A program made the position numbers and the translations under genes. A DNA stretch of 64,000 nt from an uncultured delta proteobacterium (lineage in GTDB: Bacteria > Myxococcota > Myxococcia > Myxococcales > Myxococcaceae), in NCBI GenBank assembly GCA_963796055.1, contig CAWCKH010000004.1:2176001-2240000 (forward strand), given 5' to 3'. The notes under the pieces are model-generated. The model ran no database searches. It saw nothing but the letters and a program-made list of their open reading frames with translations, and was not told the DNA's origin. Shown here piece after piece: positions 30,599 to 41,776 of the stretch. Position 1 is the first letter of the stretch, and the number at the start of each line of letters is the position of its first letter.

Positions 30599-33500
30599 CT
30601 AGAAGGTGAACCGAATGCTGAACCGGAAGCTGCGAACCGGCTGGTAGTTGGTCGGCTTGCCCCAGTTGACGTTGGTGTTGACGAACCCGGTGTTCTGGAA
30701 GGGGTCCGGCAGGACGACCTGGGCCGCCGCGCCCTGGACGTACCTCGGCCTCGGGAGCGAGCCGTTCGCGGCCTGGATGCTCTCCACGTTCCCCGCCGCG
30801 CGGTTCTGGTCGAAGGTCAGGTTCGGGTCGTAGCCGGGGAGGATCCGGACGATCTCCCCGTTGGGGGCGGGAACGCTCCCGTTCCGGGCTCCGATCACCG
30901 GGCCGACGTTGTCGAAGGTGTAGTTGTTGTCCACGGTGATCGGCCGCTGCGAGTTGAAGATGTTGAAGCCCTCGACGCTGGCGCTGAGCGTGCTGTCCTT
31001 CGAGAAGCGGAAGTTGAAGGACAGCCGGGCGTCGAGGCTGGTGACCCACGGCAGCCGCCCCCCGCGCCGCGCTCGAGGATGTAAGCCTGTCCCGGCCCGT
31101 AGGTGACCTGGGCGCCCAGGTAGTTGATCGGCGGCCCCGAGTTGGCGTTGAAGGAGCCGCCGGCGGTGATGCTGAAGGTGGGAACGATCACGAACTCCTT
31201 CGCCAGGTACACCTTGATGTTGTGGGTGACGTCCGCTGCCAGGTTCCCGTCCTGGTTCAGGAGCAGGCTCTTGAGGTCGAAGGTGGAGTTGAGGTTCGGG
31301 TCGAGCTGACCGTCCTCGGGGCGATAGAGGCCGTCGTAGTTCCCGGTCAGCCGCGACCAGGTGTAGCTGACCTGCGCCATCCACAGATCGGCGAAGCTCT
31401 TGATGAAGCTGAGCGTCACCGCGTGGTAGGTGCGCTTGGCCTTGGGGAAGGTGTCGGCGATGCCCTCACCGGGGTTGCCGATGAAGTACGTGTTGGCCTC
31501 GTCGTTGGACATGTCCTCCACAGTCCGGACCAGGTTCCGGTAGGTGTAGTTCAGCCCCACCCGCGCGTTGGCCAGGACCTCGTACTCGGCCCCGGCGACC
31601 ACCTCGTCGTTGGCCGCGGACTTGAGATCGGGATCCACCGGGACCTGGTCCGCCGCGCCCTGTCGCCACTTGCGGTTGGGGCGGACGCCCGAGGTGAGGC
31701 GCTTGGCGGCGTCGCAGCGGGCGAGCCCGCCGATGCCCACCGGATCGCAGTCGGTGTTGGAGTAGCCGTAGATCTGCGGCTCGACGCTCAGCTCGCGGTC
31801 GGCGATGTCCAGAGGGATGTTCTCGTAGTACCGCCCGTAGTTGGCGTAGATCTTCGAACGGCCCTGCTGCGTCGGGTCCCACACCACGCCGATGCGGGGC
31901 GAGAACTGATCCTTCAGCGCGATGCGGGTGACGCCGTCCTCGCCCGAGAGCGCCAGGGTGTCGTAGCGGAGGCCGACGTTCAGGGTGACCTTGTCCAGGA
32001 TGCTCCAGCTGTCCTGGACGAAGAAGCCGAAGATGGTGGACTTGCTCTTGGCAGTGATGCTGTCGAGGGTCACCGCCTGGTCGGGCGCAGTGAGGGTGCC
32101 GTAGCGGCGGGCCTCGTTGATCGCCGGGAGTCCGTCCGGGGTGCTGTTGCCCTGGAGGTATTGCCAGGCGGCCTTTCCAGTATAGGCCTTGGTGTGCTCG
32201 TAGTAGGAGATGGCCCCCTCCACCCCGCCCTTGACCACGTGGTGTCCGAGGCCGTTGAGCAGCAAGGTCACCACGCCCTTGGCCTGGTAGCTGTCCAGCT
32301 TCAGCCGCTCGATGAACCCCGGACCCCCGACGACGTACCCGAGGAAGCCGCACTCGGTGTTGGCGAAGGGCCCGGAGCAGGCCTGCCTCACCGCACTGGG
32401 AACGTCCGGCTCAAGCGCGGCGATGTTCTGCAGATCGGCGGTGCTGGTGATGTAGAAAGGAGTGCCGGCGAGCTTCCCGTCCTGCCCGGTGTTGAACTCG
32501 CTGCCGTCGGCCGGGAGCCCCTCGTCGAGCTGGTGGTGCCAGCCGAAGCGCAGGTCGAGCAGGAGCCGCTTGTCGAGGAAGGAGCTGTTGAGCTCGGCGT
32601 TGACGTTGAGCGAGTCGTCCTTGGTCTTGAGGTTGAAGACGTTGAACCCGGATCCGGCATAGGTACCGGGGTTGGTGGGGGCTCGCGCCTGGAGGGTGCC
32701 CGGAATGCGGATGGGGTAGGCCCCGTCGCCGCCGCCGGTGGTCGGCGTGCCGGTCACCGAGACGCTCAGGCGGTGATCGCTGCTGATGAGGTAGGTGAGC
32801 TTGCCGATGAAGTTGATGGTCTTCTCGGTGCCGAAGCGTCGGGTCTCTCCTCCCGGGATGGGGTCGTAGATTGGCTGTCCGGTCACGGGGTCGTTGATGA
32901 AGTTCCCCGAGCCGTCCACCTGCGCCTTCTGGTACGTGCGAGTATAGGAGTAGCGCTGGGACGCGTACTGGACGCCGGCGAAGAACCAGAGCTTGTCCTT
33001 CAAGATGTAGCCGCCGAGCGTGGCCCCGAAGTCGTAGATCTGGTCCAGGTCGCGGCCGGTGACGATGGCGGGCGTGCCGCCTTGGATGGTGAGCGGGCCT
33101 GGCGCTCCGGTGAGGCCTCCCGGCGTCCAGGTGCCGAAGACCGACCCGTGGAACTCGTTCCCGCCGGACTTGGTGGTGGCGCTCAGCGCTCCGCCGAGCG
33201 TCCGGCCGTACTCGGGCATGTAGCCGCCGGTGATGATGTTCACCTCGTCGATGAACTCCACCGTCAGAGGCGAGCCGTTCACGCCGTACGCCGGGTCGTT
33301 CACCGCCAGGCCGTCGATGAGGTAGCTGTTCTCCGGGCTCTGCGACCCGCTGATCGCCACCCCGTAGACGTCGTTCGCCGCGTTGGGTGCGGTGGATGCC
33401 AGCGAGTCGAACGAGCGATTCGCGCCGCCGAGCCCGTTGGGCCGCGACACCGCCAGGTTGCGCACGAAGTCGCTGTTCACCGTGGTGCCCACGGTGCTCG

Positions 33501-33936
33501 AGCCCACGTCAACCACGGGCGGCGTCCCGACCACGGTCACCGTCTCCACCCCGGCCACCTCCGGCAACAGCTCGACGTTCAGACGGAGCGTCCGGTCCGC
33601 GGCGACGTCGATGCCGGTGCGGCTGTAGGGCCGGTAGGTCTCCTTTTCGAAGCGCAGGGTGTACGTCCCGGGCGGCAGCTGCGGTACGCGGTAGAGACCG
33701 GAGGCGTCGGTGACCACCACCTGCTCGCCCTGCAACGAGGGCGAGGTGGCAGTGACCACCACGTCGGGCACCGGTGCGCGGGTGGAGGCATCGACGACGT
33801 TCCCGGTGAGCACCGAGATGCTCCCCTGGGCCAGCGCCGCCGGGCAACAGAACAGTGCGCCGGCAACGAGCAGGGCAGGGAGGCGCTCGGCCCGGCCGAT
33901 GCTCGCGACGCGGCGACGGAGCGTGATTCGTTCCAA
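30599..33936 (-). CDS. Oar-like TonB-dependent outer membrane receptor, frameshifted at 31058-31063
   Basis: TTG start after AGGAGG; carboxypeptidase-regulatory-like domain, ENSYLIDG, TGGYMPEYG, TKSGGNEFHGS, FVQDSW, C-terminal IRFTF; the reading frame breaks in a 6-nt homopolymer. Confidence 0.9.
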
Positions 33937-34182
33937 GTTGGCACCCCTCCTCGGACTGCGTGGTACGTCGGAGGATGAGGTGCGCGGGGGCGCCGGGTCA
34001 GGATTGCGCCTGAACCAGCTGCTGCTGTGGTCCGTATGTACCAGGCGCTTCGCGGGCGACCCACTGCGGTTCGCCGGATGCTGCAGCGAGGCGGCGTGGG
34101 CGTGCGGCGAAGGACGGCAACTTCGGGTCAACGCCCATTGTCACAGTCGTCGAGGGGGTTGTACCAAGAGAACGACAGGCGC

Positions 34183-34896
34183 ATGTCACTCAACGCTGCT
34201 CCGCAACTGCTGTCGGAGATCGCCGCACTTGCCGTCCGCGCGCACGACCGCGCCGAGTTCCGCTCCGGAACACTCGCCCTGCTTCAGGGGGTCATTCCCT
34301 TCGAGGTCGCCTTCGTCCAGAGCGGCGCCTCCAGCGCCGGTCCCGAGCCGGTCAGCTGGGGACTGCCCCCGCTCGCCGGGCGGCTCCTCGCCCGGAGGTC
34401 GGACACCGTCTGGAGTGAGCTGGCGGGCATTCGCGCCGCCGCGCTCGGGCTCGGCGGCGTGGTGGAGGCCTCGGGCCTGGTGAGCGCGGACTCGGAGCTC
34501 AGCCGGCTGCTGCGCGCCGAGCGCCCGGTCCGTCACCTCTGTCTCGCCGCGCTCGAGGAGGGCCGGACCGCCCTGGTCCTCGGGCGCTCCAGCGAGCCGT
34601 TCACCCGGCGCGAGCTGGATCTGGTCCGGCTGTCATTGCCCGTGGTCGGGCTCGGGGACCGGCGGGCCAGCGAGGTCCAGGAGGCGCTGGGGGCCCGGCT
34701 CACCCCGCGCGAGCAGGAGATCTTCGACTACGTCAGCCGCGGCTACAACAACCGGGAGATTGCCTCGGCGCTGGGCACCTCGCACTTCACGGTGCGCAAC
34801 CAGCTCTGCCGTCTGTTCCGGAAGGTGAACGTGAGCGGCCGCTCCGAGCTGGTGGGGCTGGCGGCCATGGCCACCCGGCGCGTGCGTACCGCGTAG
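34183..34896 (+). CDS. LuxR-type HTH regulator with GAF-like N-terminus
   Basis: LTPREQEI..YVSRGYNNREIASALGTS..TVRNQL..LFRKVNVSGRSEL; divergent from the receptor. Confidence 0.88.
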   Translation: MSLNAAPQLLSEIAALAVRAHDRAEFRSGTLALLQGVIPFEVAFVQSGASSAGPEPVSWGLPPLAGRLLARRSDTVWSELAGIRAAALGLGGVVEASGLVSADSELSRLLRAERPVRHLCLAALEEGRTALVLGRSSEPFTRRELDLVRLSLPVVGLGDRRASEVQEALGARLTPREQEIFDYVSRGYNNREIASALGTSHFTVRNQLCRLFRKVNVSGRSELVGLAAMATRRVRTA

Positions 34897-34933
34897 GTCC
34901 CGCCCACGACGCGAAACGACCCCGCAGCCTGGA

Positions 34934-34951
34934 GCCGGAGCCGGCTCCGGC
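34934..34951. terminator. Perfect 18-bp palindrome between convergent genes
   Basis: GCCGGAGCCGGCTCCGGC. Confidence 0.4.
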
Positions 34952-34974
34952 GCGGGGCCCTCGCGCTCAGCGCA

Positions 34975-35322
34975 TCACACCCCCGAGCCCCCGAGGGCGG
35001 CGGCCACCGGCGCAGTCCACGGGTCCTTCTTGCAGCCTTGGTCGAAGGTGCTGAAGATCCCCGAGCTGAACGGCTGCTTGAACGGATCGCAGTCCGCGTC
35101 GCTCTCGCAGCTGACCGCTGGCGACAGCGCCTGCACCGTGTACTCGGCGGTGCACGCCCCGGAGGTCAGGGTCACGTCGGCCTTGAACCCCGCGTTCTGG
35201 TACGCCGCGCTCCCCAGCGACTCCATGTTCCGTGTGGCGTAGGACAGGGTGCCGTTGGTCATCGTTCCGGTGAGCACCGAGGTGCTGGCCTGCGCCAGCG
35301 CCACGGCAGGCACGAGCGCCAA
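34975..35322 (-). pseudogene. Chimeric remnant: Oar-like signal/N-terminus fused to an MlpA-like C-terminal half
   Basis: ALAQASTSVLTG resembles the receptor's ALAQGSISVLTG; the remainder (AYQ..F.ADVT..SG.CT..Y..Q.L.P...CE.DA.CDPF.....SGI....C.K..W) resembles the 29855-30595 product. Confidence 0.8.
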
Positions 35323-35469
35323 GAGCAGCCCTCCTCACGACGGGTGAGGAAGGGAACTGTCGGGCGCGCGAGGGGGACCGGGTCCGGATTGCAGCTGAAC
35401 CACGGCGGCGATGGTGGGAACGCACCATCCCGCGCCCACGGTTCGCTGCACGCAGCCCTACGAAGGCCT

Positions 35470-35553
35470 GGCTGACTGCGGCCGCCTTGACCCCGCCGAC
35501 TGCAGCCCGCCTGACGTCACCCTGACGCGGACCTCGACTGCGGCCGCCCTGAC

Positions 35554-35557
<4 letters not shown>
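35470..35557 (-). repeat. Dispersed single copy of the 85-bp modular repeat
   Basis: Reverse complement reads CTAGGTCAGGGCGGCCGCAGTCGAGGTCCGCGTCAGGGTGACGTCAGGCGGGCTGCAGTCGGCGGGGTCAAGGCGGCCGCAGTCAG. Confidence 0.93.
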
Positions 35558-38055
<2,498 letters not shown>

Positions 38056-38276
38056 CTGCAGGCGGACTCTACCTGCTCGGCCCGGAGCGGTGGTTGCCCG
38101 ACGCTGCCGGCACCCCGTGCTGCAGAGTGCCATGGCGCGCCATCGGCTCCGGAACGGTTACCGATTGGGCTATCCTTCCAGGCGGTCGCCCGACCCGAAG
38201 GCAGACCCGGCGTCGTCCTCCGGGGAGCCACTGCCACCGCATCTGTGCATGCTCAACCGGGGCGCCTGGGTGAGCC

Positions 38277-39752
38277 ATGGTCATGCGAGACATCGTCGTC
38301 CTGGGTGTCGGGCTGGTCGTCGGACTGCTGCTGCTCGGCTGGCGGCGCGGCCGGCGCCTCCAGGCGCTGTTCGACTCGGTACGCGACGTGGACCTCACCG
38401 CGCTCGCCGGCTATCACCACGGCCGCCTCGAGGACCTCTCGCTCGCCGACCGGGCGGTCACCCAGAGGGACGGGGGAGTGGAGGTGACCGCGGCGGTCCT
38501 GAGCGCCCGGGAGAGCCGGGCGCTCTTCGGCACCGACCTCGCCCGGAGCGGCATCCAGCCGCTGTGGATCGAGGTGAAGAACGCCGAGGAGGTGCCGTAC
38601 TGGCTGCTCGCGGCCGGGCTCGACGCCGACTACTTCTCCGCACGCGAGGCGGCGAACGTCCGGCACTCGCGGTTCGCCCGGTCCGCGAACCGTCAGATGG
38701 ACGAGTTCTTCGACCAGGTGCAGTTCCGCAGCCCGGTGCTGCCCGGAACGAGGGTGGCGGGCTTCATCTTCACCAACCTGGACGAGGGCACCAAGCCGGT
38801 GGCGATCGACCTCGTGGCTCCCCGGCACGGGGCGGTCAAGAGCTTCACCTACTTCCTCCGGGTGCCGGGACTGAAGACCGACAGCAGCCGGCTCGACTTC
38901 GCCCGCCTCTACCAACCGGAGTCCATCGTGAAGCTGGAGACCGAGGCGGAGCTGCGCGCGGCGCTGGAGCGATTGCCGGGGTGGACCGCCAACGCCAAGG
39001 GGACCGCCCGGGGGGATCCGCTGAACCTCGTGCTGATCGGCAAGCAGGACGACCTGTTTCCGGCCTTCCTTCGCCGGGGGTGGCACCCGACCGAGGTGGT
39101 GTACCTGGGCTCGTCATGGAGAACGCTCAAGTCGTTCCTCCTCGGCTCCCGGTACCGCTACTCCCCGGTCAGTCCGCTCTACGCCCTGGGGCGGTTCCAG
39201 GACGTCGCCGGGCAGAAGGCGCGGCAGTCGATCCACCAGCGCAACCACATCCGACTCTGGCTCGCCCCAATGGAGTATCGGGGCAGGCCGGTGTGGCTGG
39301 GACAGATCAGCCGGGACATCGGCGTGCGCTGGACCCTCAAGACCTGGAGCCTCACCACGCACAAGATCGATCCCGACGTGGACGAGGCGCGGCTGGGTCT
39401 GATCCAGGACATGCTCTACTCCCAGGCGCTGGTGAAGTTCGGGTTCGTGAAGGGGCTCGATCCCGCACCCTCCGCCCGGCCGCACCGGAACCTCACCGGC
39501 GACCCCTACTTCACCGACGGGCTCCGCGCGGTGCTGCTCTTCGAGCGCCGGCCGGTCGCGCTGGGTGAGACCGAGGTCTTCGAGTGGGAGCGGCCGGGAA
39601 CCACGGCGACCGATGCGCCGCCCGCCCCCGCAGAGACCCCCCCGCGCGCTGGGATGGCGGCGCCGATTCGGGGACCGGCCGGGGCCATCCCTGGAACGAG
39701 GACCTCATGCTGGCCCGCGCCACCGGCCGGGGTCAGTGGCCCGGACGGGTGA
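38277..39752 (+). CDS. LssY C-terminal domain-containing protein
   Basis: GDPLNLVLIG, PVSPLY..GR.QD, RNHIRLW, THKIDPDVDEAR, YFTDG. Confidence 0.8.
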   Translation: MVMRDIVVLGVGLVVGLLLLGWRRGRRLQALFDSVRDVDLTALAGYHHGRLEDLSLADRAVTQRDGGVEVTAAVLSARESRALFGTDLARSGIQPLWIEVKNAEEVPYWLLAAGLDADYFSAREAANVRHSRFARSANRQMDEFFDQVQFRSPVLPGTRVAGFIFTNLDEGTKPVAIDLVAPRHGAVKSFTYFLRVPGLKTDSSRLDFARLYQPESIVKLETEAELRAALERLPGWTANAKGTARGDPLNLVLIGKQDDLFPAFLRRGWHPTEVVYLGSSWRTLKSFLLGSRYRYSPVSPLYALGRFQDVAGQKARQSIHQRNHIRLWLAPMEYRGRPVWLGQISRDIGVRWTLKTWSLTTHKIDPDVDEARLGLIQDMLYSQALVKFGFVKGLDPAPSARPHRNLTGDPYFTDGLRAVLLFERRPVALGETEVFEWERPGTTATDAPPAPAETPPRAGMAAPIRGPAGAIPGTRTSCWPAPPAGVSGPDG

Positions 39753-40896
39753 CGGTGGCGAGGGACGGCGCGTCGAGGCTCGCGGCGATGGGCGCCACCG
39801 CCTCGCGGAAGCGGGCGAGGAGGGTGGGAGGCACCGGCTCGCTCCGCGGGAACTTCTGATTCAGCGGATTCACGAACGCGCCGTTGCGCTTCATCGCGAA
39901 GTGCAGATGTGGCCCGGTCGTCCGGCCGGTGTTCCCCGAGTAGCCGATGACCTGCTTCTGCGCCACCCGTGCGCCGCTGTGGACACCCGCTCCGTACGAC
40001 GAGAGATGCAGGTAGCAGGTCTCGAAGCCGTTCCGGTGACGGACGCACACGCTGTTGCCGCCGGCGCCGGTGTTCCCGGCGAGGGTGACCGTGCCGTCGG
40101 CCACGGCCCACACCGGCGTGCCCACCGCGGCCGCGTAGTCCACGCCCTGGTGCGCCTTCAGGTACTCGAGCACCGGGTGGAAGCGCATCCCGAAGCGGCT
40201 GGTGACGTGGGCGAACTTGAGCGGTGACTTGAGGAACGCCTTGCGCGCGCTGGTCCCGTCCTCCTGGAAGTAGGACCACTCGCCGTCCGGGAGCTGCCAG
40301 CGGAAGACGCGCTTGGTGCCGACGCTCTCGCCCCGGTACTCGGCGGCGAGCACCTCGCCGTAGCGCAGGAGCCGACCGTTGCTCAGGACCTTCTCCACCA
40401 GGCAGCGGACCCGGTCGCCCTTGCGCACGTCCACGTAGAAATCGATGTCCCAGGCGAAGACGTCGGCCAGGGCCATGGCGATGGTCGGGTCCTCCTTCGC
40501 GGTGAGCGCGGCGTCGTACAGGGAGCTGGCGACCTCCAGCTCGACCCGCGAGACCTGGGTCTCGACCTCGACCGCGCGCTTGCTGGCCACGTACCGCTCG
40601 CCGTCGCGGCGGACCTGCCATTCGTCCACCGGGCTCTGGCGGTAGTCGAAGTGGTCCAGCTCGCCGTCGCGGAAGACCAGCCGCAGCTGGTCGCCCACCT
40701 GCGACTTCCGGAAGTCGAACACGCCCTGGAGCGCGCCCACCACCCGGTCGGTCTGTGCGGCATCGAGCCCGGCCGAGCGGAGCGCGGTGGCCAGCACCTG
40801 GTTCCGCTCGAGGCGGCGGTTCAGGATGCGGACGTTGGGACTGGACGGCGCGGCGGTGAGCAGCGCGGCGACGAGGGCCGGAGCGAGGACGGTCAT
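39733..40896 (-). CDS. M23-family peptidoglycan endopeptidase (MepM-like)
   Basis: HQGVDYAA..GTPV, YLHLS, GNTGRTTGPHLHF; WDIDF..D.RKGD. Confidence 0.92.
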   Translation of the reverse strand: MTVLAPALVAALLTAAPSSPNVRILNRRLERNQVLATALRSAGLDAAQTDRVVGALQGVFDFRKSQVGDQLRLVFRDGELDHFDYRQSPVDEWQVRRDGERYVASKRAVEVETQVSRVELEVASSLYDAALTAKEDPTIAMALADVFAWDIDFYVDVRKGDRVRCLVEKVLSNGRLLRYGEVLAAEYRGESVGTKRVFRWQLPDGEWSYFQEDGTSARKAFLKSPLKFAHVTSRFGMRFHPVLEYLKAHQGVDYAAAVGTPVWAVADGTVTLAGNTGAGGNSVCVRHRNGFETCYLHLSSYGAGVHSGARVAQKQVIGYSGNTGRTTGPHLHFAMKRNGAFVNPLNQKFPRSEPVPPTLLARFREAVAPIAASLDAPSLATVTRPGH

Positions 40897-41054
40897 CGGG
40901 GGTGTGAAGGGATAAGCCTACCAGGGTCCCGGCGCAGGCCAACCCGACATCTGCGCACCCGCAGAGGTGGCAAGGGGACCCCGGGGTGATGGCCGAAGGT
41001 CCTACGGAGCGGTCGTCGAGAGCGGCCTAACGTGCCCCTCCCCGGGGGTCGCAC

Positions 41055-41705
41055 ATGAAGAACATCGGAGCGTTCCTGCTGCAGAGGCTCGTCGCCGGGC
41101 TTCTGGTCGTCGCACCCGTCTATCTGTCCATCCTCCTGCTGCTGAAGGGGATGGGGTCCCTGGTGAAGCTGGTGCAACCGGTCGCCGCGCTCCTCCCGGA
41201 CTGGCTGCCGGGTGAGCAGCTGGTCGCGCTGCTTTCCGTGCTCGTGCTCTGCCTGTTCGTGGGGCTCCTCCTGGCGACCCCGCCCGGACGGGCAGCGCGG
41301 GAGTGGGTGGAGCGCTCGGTGTTCGAGCGTCTCCCGGGCTACGGGCTCATCAAGAGTCTTGCCCAGCAGGTCGCGGGTCAGGGGCAGGACACCGCCTGGA
41401 CCCCTGCCCTGGTGGAGATCGAGGACGCGCTGGTCCCGGGGTTCATCATCGAGGAGCTCGACGACGGTCGTTACACGGTCTTCGTCCCCTCGGTGCCCAC
41501 GCCGCTGGCCGGTGCGGTCTACGTGGTGGATCGCGCCCGGGTGCACCCGACGGACGTCTCCTTCACCGAGGCCATCAAGGTGGTCACGCGCTGGGGCCAC
41601 GGCGCCGGAGCGCTGGTCCAGGCGATGGAGCGAGCCCGCGACGGAAGGCTCGCTCCCGGCGCGCCGGGAGCCGCGGTGAGCACGGCGCCTCCCCGGGCTT
41701 CCTGA
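41055..41705 (+). CDS. DUF502-domain membrane protein
   Basis: Two TM segments, RLPGYGLIK, VFVPSVPTPLAG. Confidence 0.85.
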   Translation: MKNIGAFLLQRLVAGLLVVAPVYLSILLLLKGMGSLVKLVQPVAALLPDWLPGEQLVALLSVLVLCLFVGLLLATPPGRAAREWVERSVFERLPGYGLIKSLAQQVAGQGQDTAWTPALVEIEDALVPGFIIEELDDGRYTVFVPSVPTPLAGAVYVVDRARVHPTDVSFTEAIKVVTRWGHGAGALVQAMERARDGRLAPGAPGAAVSTAPPRAS

Positions 41706-41776
41706 GCGGCGGCGATGCCGCCATCTCGTGCGTGATCCGACCGGAGAACCCCCGCCGGCCGCGCTAGAGTGAGGAC

